From the NCBI GenBank assembly GCA_963847625.1, contig CAWKAR010000006.1, positions 1-64,000 on the forward strand: a stretch of 64,000 nt of DNA, given 5' to 3'. This DNA comes from a candidate division FCPU426 bacterium (GTDB lineage: Bacteria; Oederibacteriota; Muellerivitia; Muellerivitales; Muellerivitaceae). This document shows positions 18,744 through 29,200 of this stretch, one piece after another; within the stretch, counting starts at the first letter, position 1, and each line of letters opens with the position of its first letter. The translations under genes were made by a program, and so were the position numbers. The notes below the pieces were generated by a model. It was not told the origin of the DNA and made no database searches. It was given only the letters and a program-made list of their open reading frames with translations.

Positions 18744-21014
18744 TTAATATTTTCTTCCCAAAAAAACGGGCCGCAGGAGGGCATTCAATCCAAAAGCAAA
18801 AACGGAAGCAGCCCATACCAGGAATATAAAGAGCGCCAACGCGAAACAGGTTGGTCTGTACTTAAAAACGACCCGGTGGGTTCCCTGGTGCAGGAATACT
18901 CCCCGGAACAGGTGATTGGCCGTAAAAATCCGAAGAGGGGTGCCGTCCATCCAGGCCTTCCAACCCGGGAAATTGGCCTCTGAAAAAACCACGAGACCCG
19001 GTGCGTTCAAGTTGATATCGAATTCCTGGCTGTTCAAATCCTCGTGGACCAGGACTGCGTTTTTCAAACGATCGGCCCTCTCCAAAGTGGTTGCTTCTCC
19101 CAGGGAAGGGGTTTCAGAAAGGAAAGACTCTTGATAAGGCATGAAATCCCCACGCCGCATTTCCTTTAAACGTTCGGCCGGGCTCGGTTCAACCTTCCAT
19201 CGCGCTGGAGAGTAAACAGGGCGCATTTCTTCTTCCGATTCGTAGAATTTCACTTTACCCCATTGATACCGTTTGAATCCAGGAATCTGCCTCTTTTCAT
19301 TCCCAGTGGCGAACCCTTGGATTGCCATCAGCCGAAGAAAGGTATGGAAGGGAGTGGTGTAAAGTTCACCTCTGGCCAGTAATGACAGCGCGTTGGTGCC
19401 TCCCGCGTTCTTGAGGCGGAAAAAGCAGGAGGCGTTGGGGGGCCATTCCAATTCAAACAGGTTCCCGCCTGATTCCGCCGGAAACGGGATTTTATCCCCG
19501 GAAAAAAATCTTTTCGAACCGATTTTTTTTTGAATGGAAGAAAAGAGGGCGTTTTCCTTTAGGAAGTCCATATTGGCCGGGGGCCCTAGCCGGGAAGAGC
19601 AAAAATTCCAACCCCCCAGGATCAGGGAAACAGTCAAGGCGCTTCCAAACAGCCATCCCCCCACCGGCCGGGTTCGGGCGTGCGCTAAAAAAAGGCCCAT
19701 TCCGATTCCGGCCGCGGCCAGAAAACCTAAAAGCCACCATTCCCCCCAATCCCAGTAAAAGGCGCCCAAACCCGCAAGGGCCATATATATTCCCATCGTG
19801 CCCAGGATCCGTTTGGCGGAAGGGGAAGCGGCTTGAATCCCCATCAACCGCTCAAAACCCAGGGCGGCCAGGACGCAAACCAAAGTTTGGTAAATAAAGG
19901 TGAAACGAAATGGGCCCCTTAACAATCCAAAGCCGGGTATATGTTTGAAAAGCCAAAAGTGGAGCGGAAAGTATTTTCCAAAACTTATCAAAACAAAGAA
20001 TAAGGCCAGAGAAAAAAGGAAAATTTTGAAAACCCTCCGTTGTTTGGAAGTTAAAGCCGAAAGAACGAAAAAGGGCGTCCAGAGGCCTAAAAAGGTTTCG
20101 GTGGTAAAGCAATTCATTTCAAGCTGGAGGGTTTTGGAAGCCGGGTCGACCGGCCGAAGAGGATAAAAAAATCGGAAAAGCTCCGAGGGTTTGATGGAAA
20201 ATCCGGTGAAATTTTCATAGTTCGGCTTTAATAAAATCCGGTCAGTGAACCGGATAAAATCCATGAAAGGCAAACAAAGAAAAAGGATAGGCATGGTTCC
20301 CAAAAGAAAAAAAAGGAAGGATTGGAAAATAGGCCATTCCCTCCCTCCCCCCGATTGAAAGAGGACGCGCCTGTCCTCGATGAAAAAAAACCTGAAAAAA
20401 AAATAACAGGTTCCAAGGTAAAAGGAACCCAGGAAGACTTGAGGATTCCCCGCCAGGAAGATCAAGGCCAAGGAGAGGCCCGCGAAGAATGCGGAAAGCG
20501 GCGAGAAACAAAAAGAGCATTCTTCCAAGAAGCCCATCAACCAGGGAAGCCAGGTAAAAGCCGAGAAATCAGGGGGATGGACAATTTCGAACCAAAACAT
20601 TCCGGAAAACACGAAAGTCAGTGCGCCGAAAAAACAGGAGGCATGGGAAAGCCCCAGCTTCCGGAGCCAAAAATGCATACCGACCATGGCTATAAAAAGA
20701 TGAAGGGAAAAAAAGATCCCAAACCCATGACCGATTGAAAACTTGAGGAGAGGATAAAGGAGGGGGTAGGCTGAAGCGGTGCTGGGATCGGCAAAGAAAG
20801 GTTGGCCTGCGAAAATATAAGGATTCCAAAGGGGCAGAAGCCCCTGGCCGAGGGAGGATTTCAAAAAAGAACGGAAAACCGAGAAAACCGACAAGAGGTC
20901 GCCGTCAAAGTAAGTTTGGCCAAAAACCAGGCCGGGGAAAAAAGCAATAAAGGAGAGGAGAGCATAAAAGAGGCACGGCTTTAGAAGCCCTTGAAACGGA
21001 TTATTCTGGGACAA
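18744..21014 (-). CDS. YfhO-family GT-C membrane protein
   Basis: LPLWNPYIFAGQPFFADP and SEANFPGWKAWMDG...ANHLFRGV...VVFKYRP motifs. Confidence 0.85.
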   Translation of the reverse strand: MSQNNPFQGLLKPCLFYALLSFIAFFPGLVFGQTYFDGDLLSVFSVFRSFLKSSLGQGLLPLWNPYIFAGQPFFADPSTASAYPLLYPLLKFSIGHGFGIFFSLHLFIAMVGMHFWLRKLGLSHASCFFGALTFVFSGMFWFEIVHPPDFSAFTWLPWLMGFLEECSFCFSPLSAFFAGLSLALIFLAGNPQVFLGSFYLGTCYFFFRFFFIEDRRVLFQSGGGREWPIFQSFLFFLLGTMPILFLCLPFMDFIRFTDRILLKPNYENFTGFSIKPSELFRFFYPLRPVDPASKTLQLEMNCFTTETFLGLWTPFFVLSALTSKQRRVFKIFLFSLALFFVLISFGKYFPLHFWLFKHIPGFGLLRGPFRFTFIYQTLVCVLAALGFERLMGIQAASPSAKRILGTMGIYMALAGLGAFYWDWGEWWLLGFLAAAGIGMGLFLAHARTRPVGGWLFGSALTVSLILGGWNFCSSRLGPPANMDFLKENALFSSIQKKIGSKRFFSGDKIPFPAESGGNLFELEWPPNASCFFRLKNAGGTNALSLLARGELYTTPFHTFLRLMAIQGFATGNEKRQIPGFKRYQWGKVKFYESEEEMRPVYSPARWKVEPSPAERLKEMRRGDFMPYQESFLSETPSLGEATTLERADRLKNAVLVHEDLNSQEFDINLNAPGLVVFSEANFPGWKAWMDGTPLRIFTANHLFRGVFLHQGTHRVVFKYRPTCFALALFIFLVWAASVFAFGLNALLRPVFLGRKY

Positions 21015-21155
21015 GATTTCCCCCGGAACAAAATCGGTTTTGGAAACAGATAGGTTGAGTACAAAAATACAGGAATCCGACTTCTTTGGGTGGGATCAAT
21101 ATTGTTCGCACGGGATTCCTTCAGCCGAGACCCTGGAAATCACATTCACCCGTAA

Positions 21156-21608
21156 CTATTTTTTTTTGTTGTCCGAAAGCGGAATGAGAGCCGCAGCTTT
21201 TAAGGCCAGGATGTAGCTGTACTTGCCGAAACCGGTCACCTGTCCCACCGCCACGGGCGAGATATGGGAGGATTGACGGAACCCTTCCCGGGCGTGGATA
21301 TTGGAAAGGTGGATCTCGATGGCGGGGATTTCCACGGCTGAGAGGGCGTCCCGGATGGCCACCGACGTGTGGGTGTAGGCGGCGGGGTTGATGAGGATCA
21401 CGTCGGCCCAGTGGCGGGCGTTCTGGATGGTCTCCACGATCTCGCCCTCATGGTTGGACTGCACGGCCCGGATTTCCAGGTCCAGTTTTCCGGCCTCGGC
21501 CTCCAGGTCCTTGTTGATCTCCTCCAGCGTGACGTTTCCGTAAATGTTGGGTTCCCTCTCACCCAGCAGGTTCAAATTCGGTCCGTGGATCACCAACACT
21601 TTACGCAT
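21156..21608 (-). CDS. aroQ: Type II 3-dehydroquinate dehydratase
   Basis: HGPNLNLLGEREPNIYG, QSNHEG, INPAAYTHTSVAIRDA and EIHLSNIHARE motifs. Confidence 0.97.
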   Translation of the reverse strand: MRKVLVIHGPNLNLLGEREPNIYGNVTLEEINKDLEAEAGKLDLEIRAVQSNHEGEIVETIQNARHWADVILINPAAYTHTSVAIRDALSAVEIPAIEIHLSNIHAREGFRQSSHISPVAVGQVTGFGKYSYILALKAAALIPLSDNKKK

Positions 21609-21851
21609 AGGGATACCTCATCCATCTTATTTTTAACCGCAGGAGGTGTTTTTCCCGTGGATCCCTCGTATCGGTCGCGGCCGGGGGCGCAATCTTGCAT
21701 TCCCGGGAAATCATGCTTGACGGTTTATTTTATCAACAATGTCCTCCATGCCAACAAGAAAGCATCCTGATCGGCCGGTAAAACGGCCAAAAAAGGGATA
21801 AGTCGGTCGTTTCCAAGGGCTTGGGTTTCAAGATATAATCCGGAAACTTCA

Positions 21852-23981
21852 ATGCCTCCCGACCCGACCCTAAAAAACCTCCTCCGCGCTCCCGCCGGTC
21901 CAATCTTGCGCCGGTACGCCCCGCAGCTGGTTGCACCTTGTTTCGCCTTTTGGGCCCTTTCCAACTTTATCTTTTCTCATGCCAACCTTTCGGTCACCCT
22001 GAGGATTTGGGTCGCTTTGCTGGGCCTGTCGGCGTGGCTATTCCTTTTCTTCTATTATCCCCTGTCCCCGAAAAAGGGCCTGGAGGAAAAACCGTTTCCG
22101 GTTCCGGTCTGGGTCTGGGTGGTCCTGGGCGCGGCCGCCTTATTCCTGCGATTTTTCCGCCTTGCGTGCCTCTCCGCCTGGCCCACGGTGGATGAAGGCA
22201 ACAGCGGCTACTTCGCGATCCGTCTCATGGAAAATTGGAATTGGGCTTTCTTGCAGGGCACCAGTCAAACACCCATGTTCTTCGCCTGGGGCCAAGCCCT
22301 TTTATTCAAAATTTTTTCCCCATCTCTATTGACCCTGTGGCTTTATCCCGCGCTTTGGTCCCTTTTGACTATCCCCGTATCCTGGCTTGCCGCCCGCAGG
22401 CTTTTCCCTCCCGTGGTCGCGGTCCTGGTGGTGACGCTGACCGCCTTGAGTTTCTGGCCCTTGCTCCTGGGGCGGTACTGTACCCAGTCGGTTCTGCTGG
22501 TTTTCTGGGAATGGCTGGTTTTTTATTTACTGGCCCGGCTCATCCAGGACCCTCCCGGAATCGGTAAACGCGGATTTTTTTGGCTAGGTTTGGCAACGGG
22601 CATCGGGTTTTACACCTACCTTTCCTGGGGCGTGGTCGCCTTGCTGGTGGCTCTGATCGCGGTCTTCCATCGACAACCATCGATCCTGAAAAGAGCCCAG
22701 GCATTCGGCGTCTTCACGGGAACCTTGCTGCTCGTCATATCGCCCTTGTTTTTTTCCTTTCTCACGGAATACCGCGGGTATTTTCACCATCTTTGGGCCG
22801 TCCATTCTTACTATTCCTGGTTGAAACTCCTCCACTTGGCGCTGGCATACGCCGCGGACCCGTTCTGGGGATCGCGGAATGCTTTTTTCCATTTCGGCCC
22901 GGTGTGGGGCGGCCTCTTAAACCCTCTGTTGGGCGCTTTTTGCTTCCTGGGGTTCATTCCGCTTTTACGCGATTACCGGAATCCAACGAGCTTTTGGCTC
23001 GTGGCGGCTTCGCTGATTTTCTTCTTGCCGGCTCTTCTGACGAATGATTTCGAGACCATGCGCCTTTGCCAGTTGATGCCGGTCTTGACGGTGGTCACGG
23101 CCTTCGGAATCCAGGCACTGCTCTCGAACATGGGCCGGGTCACGGGAGTGATGACCGCTCTGGTTATTCTGTTTGGTTCTGTGGCCCTTGATTCCTACCA
23201 TCTTTTTTCCATTTACGCGGACCATTGGAAAAATAACCCGGCCTATTACGGGAGCCACAAATCCATGGAGTTCAACAGGACCTATCCGATTTTAAAATCC
23301 GAAGCCGATCGGCTGGGCCCCGGATGGATATTCCTGAATTTCCATCCGGACCCTTACGACCAAACGCTTTTTGTGGCCACTTACGCGTTCAACGCGGCTG
23401 AAAACCCGGCCCTGGATCCTGCCGCCGCCAAGTGGGCCGCGTTCCTGGTCAATGTCCATGAGGAGGCCGCCCTCGCGAAGTCGTTCCCGGGTGGGAAGGG
23501 CCTCTGGCTCTCGGAGGGTTTGAACCGCGCGGACGGGGGCTCCTGGCTGGAATGGGTGGAACTTTCGCCCCGAAACCGGGAAACCCTGGCCCGGTGGCTG
23601 AAAGCCGATCAATCGTTGAAGGAATTGAACCTCCTGGTGATGGAACAAGGTGTAACACCTTACCAGGGCGGAATGCTGGGGGTTCTGGAAAAATCCTACC
23701 CCTTTTTCCGGGGCGACCCCTTCCTGGAATCCCGTTACTGGCGCATTGTCGCGTTGCACGACCTGGCCGCCGGGAACACGCCCCAAGCCATTGAGAATGA
23801 GGAGAAAGCCGCCTCTCGGGGTTTCCCCCAAGCCCATCTTTACAACGAAATGGGATGCCTGTTGTTCAAGGAAGGGAAAAAAGAGGAATCCGGGGAAGCC
23901 TTCCGGAAGGCCCTGCGGCTGAAACCCAATTACACGAACGCCGCCGACAACCTGCAAGGTTTAGCCGCGTTGAAAAAATAA
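21852..23981 (+). CDS. ArnT/PMT-like (GT39/GT83-type) GT-C glycosyltransferase with C-terminal TPR
   Basis: LRFFRL...WPTVDEG loop motif, G...GIGFYTY, multiple TM segments and a terminal TPR. Confidence 0.7.
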   Translation: MPPDPTLKNLLRAPAGPILRRYAPQLVAPCFAFWALSNFIFSHANLSVTLRIWVALLGLSAWLFLFFYYPLSPKKGLEEKPFPVPVWVWVVLGAAALFLRFFRLACLSAWPTVDEGNSGYFAIRLMENWNWAFLQGTSQTPMFFAWGQALLFKIFSPSLLTLWLYPALWSLLTIPVSWLAARRLFPPVVAVLVVTLTALSFWPLLLGRYCTQSVLLVFWEWLVFYLLARLIQDPPGIGKRGFFWLGLATGIGFYTYLSWGVVALLVALIAVFHRQPSILKRAQAFGVFTGTLLLVISPLFFSFLTEYRGYFHHLWAVHSYYSWLKLLHLALAYAADPFWGSRNAFFHFGPVWGGLLNPLLGAFCFLGFIPLLRDYRNPTSFWLVAASLIFFLPALLTNDFETMRLCQLMPVLTVVTAFGIQALLSNMGRVTGVMTALVILFGSVALDSYHLFSIYADHWKNNPAYYGSHKSMEFNRTYPILKSEADRLGPGWIFLNFHPDPYDQTLFVATYAFNAAENPALDPAAAKWAAFLVNVHEEAALAKSFPGGKGLWLSEGLNRADGGSWLEWVELSPRNRETLARWLKADQSLKELNLLVMEQGVTPYQGGMLGVLEKSYPFFRGDPFLESRYWRIVALHDLAAGNTPQAIENEEKAASRGFPQAHLYNEMGCLLFKEGKKEESGEAFRKALRLKPNYTNAADNLQGLAALKK

Positions 23982-24002
23982 TCTCACGACCGTCAATTGA
24001 AG

Positions 24003-26228
24003 TTAGTTCCCCTCCACTGGCTGGGGCATCCCCGAAGGAGCCGCCTGCGCGGCTGGTTGGGCTTGCGCGGCTGGCAGGGCCGGCAATGCCGCAGGCGCCT
24101 TGACGTTCGGCTGGGGCAGGATCGCGGCGGGTTTGGCCGGTGGTATCGGCGACGGCGTGGGGATCGGGGCGGCCGGGGCCAATCCGGACGGCTGGTTTTC
24201 CGGCGCGTATTGGTCAAGCCATTTCTTCATGCCAACATCCCCATACTTGTAGGCTTTGCGGTAAGCCGCGACGGCCTGCTCCTTGTTTTGCATGAGGAGG
24301 TAGCAATCCCCCGCCAAGTGGAAGGCTTGGGCGTTTCGGGAATCCGCTCCGATGGCCAGGAGGAACCGGTCCAGGGCGTCCTTATAGGCTTTCTTTTCCA
24401 GGAAGGGCATGCCCTCCTTGATCATGTCTTCCGCGTTGGCTTCCTTCATTCCGGTCACGATGAGTTCCACACGGCGGTTCTGGGCTTTGCCCTCGAGCGT
24501 GTCGTTGGTGGCCACGGGTTTCGTGTCGCCGTAACCCATGACGCTCAGGCGTTTCGCATCGACCCCGTGCTGGACGAGGTAGTCTTTCACGGCCTGGGCG
24601 CGAGCCTGGGACAGGACCTGGTTATTGGCGAAGCGGGCCCCCTGGACCAGTGCCACGTTGTCCGTGTGGCCGGCCACCAGGATCATGCTTTCGGGGTATT
24701 TCCTTTGGATTGTCCGCACCACTTCCTGGATTTTCTCGAAACCCCGGGACATGAGTTCGTCCTTCCCGGAATCAAAAAGCAGGTCGCCGGAGACCTGGAA
24801 GCCGTATTGGTAGGGGATCTTTTTCGCGACCCAGCGGGCCGTCACGTTCTTGGGAAGGGACGAGGCCTCGTGACCCTCGTCGTCGCCGATGTCCAATTTT
24901 ACAGAATATTGCCCGCGGGGCACCAGCTCGCCTTCTTTGTCCATGCCATCCCAAATGTAATGGGAGGGGGGATAACCCTTGCCCGAATAGGTGCGTACCA
25001 GGACTCCACTGGCATCCGCTATGGATAATTTCCACTTCTCCAGGGGCTCCTCGCTGCGGGTCCTCAATTGGATGTCAGCCGCTTGTTTCCCGAGGATGAA
25101 GGCGTCCGGGGGCTCCAGGGCGGCTTTCAACACGATGGGCTCCACACCGATGATGAAGTTCAGGGAAATCCGGTGGGTGGAACCTAGCACCCCGTAGGGC
25201 ACGAAGGCGTAATCCAGGTCGGCCTCCGTGTCGTTGAACCGCTGGGCGATCCCCACGCCGCTGGTCAACCCAGCCAGGGAACCCAGGTCGCTTCCGCTGC
25301 GGTAGCCCACCCTCAGGGCCAGGTCGTTCTGGCCGAAGGTCATCTTGTACTCGCCCCCGCCGTTGAGTTTCAGTCCGGTGTCGACGTAGCCGTTGGTCTC
25401 GGCCGCAAGGATCAACCGGGTGTTCTTCATCAGGAGGTTCTTGAAGCGGTAGGAACCGCCCAGGACGTAATTCATCGGTTGAGCGAAGTTCTGGGTCATG
25501 GTCACCGGGGAACTTGTGATGGTAGCGGGGAAGGTGGTGCCGATATTGGTAAAGGCCGCGCCCACATAGAAGGTCTTTTTAATGACCTCGAAAAGGCATC
25601 CTGCGTCCAGGGCCGCGCCCATGCTGCCTTGGTTCACGAGGTTCTGGCCCACCAAGTCGACCTTGAGGCCCAGCATGAGACGTTGGAGGACACCCCCACT
25701 GTTGGAAAACCAGTTGCCCAGCCGCTGGGAATAAGCCACGCTTCCCTCGTATTCCGACGCGCCGAACGGATCCCCCACACCCCCGTAATCCCCGGAGGCT
25801 GTTTCCAGGGAACCCACGAAGGAACCCCCCAGGTAGTTGATGGACCCGCCGAAAGCCCCATCCCGTTCCATGTTCTGGCTGAAAGCGAAAAACTCGCTAT
25901 CCACCCCCATCATCCATTCGCCGTGGGTTAAATTGAATTCCGTCCCCCGAGCCAGCATCAAACCTGCCGGATTCCAATACATGGCCGTGGGATCGTCAGC
26001 CACGGCCGTAAAGGCTTCCCCCATGCCTACCGCGCGCGCGCCCACGCCGATTTTCTGGAAATTAGTGCTGGTACTTCCGGCGCCGGATGTCTGGGCGGAA
26101 AGAGGGTTCGGAATCAGGTTGAGGATCAGAAGCAAGACGGGGATTAAACCTGCGGCGTCGTGGAATTTATTATTGAAAAAAGAAACTCTGGTTTTTTTCA
26201 TATGGTTTCCTGTCAACAATAGGTTCAT
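24003..26228 (-). CDS. PorV/PorQ-like beta-barrel fused to FlgD-like Ig, OmpA-like peptidoglycan-binding domain, TPR and Pro/Ala tail
   Basis: IGVGARAVGMGEAFTAVADDPTAMYWNPAGL...LRVGY...DYAFVPYGVLGSTHRISL (PorV-like); WDGMDKEGELVPRGQY (FlgD-like); LLFDSGK, GHTDN, LSQARAQAV, GYGDTKP and NRRVE (OmpA_C). Alternative start at 26201. Confidence 0.85.
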   Translation of the reverse strand: MNLLLTGNHMKKTRVSFFNNKFHDAAGLIPVLLLILNLIPNPLSAQTSGAGSTSTNFQKIGVGARAVGMGEAFTAVADDPTAMYWNPAGLMLARGTEFNLTHGEWMMGVDSEFFAFSQNMERDGAFGGSINYLGGSFVGSLETASGDYGGVGDPFGASEYEGSVAYSQRLGNWFSNSGGVLQRLMLGLKVDLVGQNLVNQGSMGAALDAGCLFEVIKKTFYVGAAFTNIGTTFPATITSSPVTMTQNFAQPMNYVLGGSYRFKNLLMKNTRLILAAETNGYVDTGLKLNGGGEYKMTFGQNDLALRVGYRSGSDLGSLAGLTSGVGIAQRFNDTEADLDYAFVPYGVLGSTHRISLNFIIGVEPIVLKAALEPPDAFILGKQAADIQLRTRSEEPLEKWKLSIADASGVLVRTYSGKGYPPSHYIWDGMDKEGELVPRGQYSVKLDIGDDEGHEASSLPKNVTARWVAKKIPYQYGFQVSGDLLFDSGKDELMSRGFEKIQEVVRTIQRKYPESMILVAGHTDNVALVQGARFANNQVLSQARAQAVKDYLVQHGVDAKRLSVMGYGDTKPVATNDTLEGKAQNRRVELIVTGMKEANAEDMIKEGMPFLEKKAYKDALDRFLLAIGADSRNAQAFHLAGDCYLLMQNKEQAVAAYRKAYKYGDVGMKKWLDQYAPENQPSGLAPAAPIPTPSPIPPAKPAAILPQPNVKAPAALPALPAAQAQPAAQAAPSGMPQPVEGN

Positions 26229-29200
26229 GGCATTACCACCAACAACTTCCCCTTCAATATAACTTGGTCGCCTTTTTTAATTAGGTAATAGTATATTCCG
26301 GCTGAAATCATATTTCCAAAATTATTGCGGCCGTCCCATTCGATTAAGCCATTCACTTCCTTCTCGGTGTTCACCCATTCTCCTGAAACCGTGTAAATTT
26401 CCATAAAAGAACCGGCGGGGCAAAGGTAGGCCTTTAAAACCCCGTTCACGGCGTAGGTGGGGTTGAAGGGATTGGGCCAGACATGCAGACCCACTGGCGT
26501 AGATGTAGGCGTGGGAGTAATGGTAGGTGTGAAGGTGGGGGTATTGGTAGGTGTGGACGTTATAGTGGGTGTGGGAGTAACGGTCGGAGTCGGGGTGGGA
26601 GCCGCAGAGGGAGAACAAGAGTTTACGACATAATTTTCGAACTTATTCTGGTTTGGCGAGTTTAAATAGCCGCTCCTGATTCCAACCGCCCCGGTCGTAA
26701 AGGTGGAGTCCGTAATGTTAAATATCAGACGGTCACCGTTACCGTCATTGAAGTTCAAGTAGCACGTATAATTATTCCCGCAGCATACGACTTTCATATG
26801 GACCCAGCTTCCGGCAGCATACGCAGGGGTTGAAGCGGTGCTTAAATAAGACCAACCGCCTGACGTGTGTTTCTCAAACTGCCACTGCCCATAGTTGATT
26901 TGAAACGAATAGTAATCCGCTCCGGTTTGACCCCTGAAAATGATACCGAAAATCCCAGCTACTTGCGCGGACATTACGTCGCACTGGATGGTGTAGTCGG
27001 TCGACGAAGGGTTGAAATTTGCGTTGGTCGCCAACAGTTGTTCTGCGGAGTAACTGGGATTAGCCGTGCTGATTAAATTCCCACCCGAAGCGCTGAAATA
27101 ATTCGGGTAATTTGAATCCGGAGTCCCTGCGTCGCCGTTATAAAAATTGTAATTGGAGAGGCTGGCATTCGAGGAATAGTTATCCTGGAAGAGAACACTC
27201 CCGAGGTTAGGGCAACAAGACGCCGGATTTGGAGTGGATGTATTCGTAGGAGTCGGAGTCGGTGTATTCGTAGGAGTCGGGGTCGCGGTTGGACTGGCAA
27301 GACATGAACAAATCTGGGCGCCCGGAATTTGGGCCTGGGTGATGTTGGTAGCCACGATGCCATTTTGACCGGCTAGGGCCCCGTAGTTCGTCGGTCCCGA
27401 GTTATAACTCGTCAATCCCGCAATTCCTCCGCTGACATTCGTTCCCGAGGCGGTTGCCGACAGGAGAATCACGCCCCCGCCTCCTCCGCCCCCGGGGCCA
27501 TGGTTGGGACCGTTTTGGGCATCGTTGCCCCCTCTGCCGCCGGTTGCGTTGACTGTCAGACCGGCAAGGGTTCCTTGGGTCACGGCCACAAGAACGCTTC
27601 CCCCGGCTCCTCCTCCTCCGGCCGCATCCATTCCCGGATTGTCCGGCGCCTGCACACCGTTGGCGGAGAAAGTTCCGCTGCCCGTTACGGTACAAGCCCT
27701 CACGAAGATGATCCCGCCGCCCGTGCCGCCGCTGCTGGACCCGTTCACGGTGCCATTCTGGTCACCTGCCCCCCCGCCGCCGCCCATGACAACTTGGTTG
27801 GCCGCCTCCGGAAATACCGCGCCGCCCAGGCCGCCTTCAACGTAATCATCATAAAAACTGTTTCCGCCCAGGCCACCGGCCCCGCCGTTGCCTCCCCCGC
27901 CGCCTCCAGAATTGTTCCCGTTGTCGCTGGGATGGGTGTCCGTCCCACCTCCACCTGCGTTCCCCGGGGCTCCCCGGGCGAAGCTTCCGTTTGGATATCC
28001 TTCCTGATAGGCCTGAAGCGTATCCACATCCAAAGCCGTTACCCAGTTGAAAACCCAGTGGGGTGTCCCCGCGATGCCCTCGCCCTTGGAATCACTATAG
28101 GCGATCGTCGAAAGGCTGACGTAGTCCGTCCCGGTCCCACCGCTCGCTCCGTTAAGCTGCCGTCCTCCCCCGCCCCGGAACCCGAGACCGTCGACGCTCA
28201 CTGTCGAACCGTTCAAGTTCAGGGCCCCAGCCACGTCAATCGCCAAGATGCCGCCCGTAGATCCGTCCCAAGCCTTGGCCGTTAAACCCGTGGTGATGGT
28301 CGCCTGGGAGTACTGCGGTACCCGGATGACTTGGTAGATGGCCTGACCCTGGGCGGTTGACGCAGGGGATGCAATATAAGTATGTAGTAATCCCCCGCCG
28401 TACACCCCTTGAATGGGAACCGACCCGCCGGCCACAGGTCCCGTTGCCATCACGTATTCATAACTCCCCACGCCGTTCAATGCCGTGTAGCCCGAGCCCG
28501 TTGACCCGTCCCCGTAAGAAATGCTGTTGTTGGAATTGATGCTCGCCCCTTGCATCTGGACGACCAGCAGCAAGTCCCCGGTGGAAATGGCCGTGCCGCT
28601 GCCGGTGGGCGCGCCCACCGGGATCGAGTTGGCTCCCGCCAGCACCGATCCTGTGCCCGGGTAATAGGTATTGACAACTCCTGACAGGGTCCCCACTCCA
28701 TCTTTCCCCGCGTTCTCGCATAACTGGGTTATCGGGGGCGGCGTGGGGGTGGAAGTGGGAGTGGGGGTGTTACAGGATCCGGACAGGGTCAGGGTGACCG
28801 CGGCGGATGTTGTAACAGGTATGCCATCGGCGGCCATGGAGAACTGGTTCACAATGGGCCCGGGACAGGAAACCGTTCCCCACCAATTGATGGGATTATC
28901 AAAAGAAAACATGGTGACTGGAAAAGCGCTTGGGGCACGCCAGGAAATCATATTGGTTCCACTATCATAGATTCCTCCCGCACCGCTTCCGATATAGGAA
29001 ACTCCGGCCGGGACGAAATCGGTGACTGCGGCATTCACTATCGGACCCGGGCCGAAAACCTTCAGGTTGGAGTACCAATCTGTGCCTGCGGTTTCATCCG
29101 CCTGCCAACCCGCCCTCCAGCCCCCGGAACATGTCGGTTGGGGCAAAAAGTTATCGGTGTAATTGAGGGTCACGACGCTTGATGGATTACCCCTTTGCCA

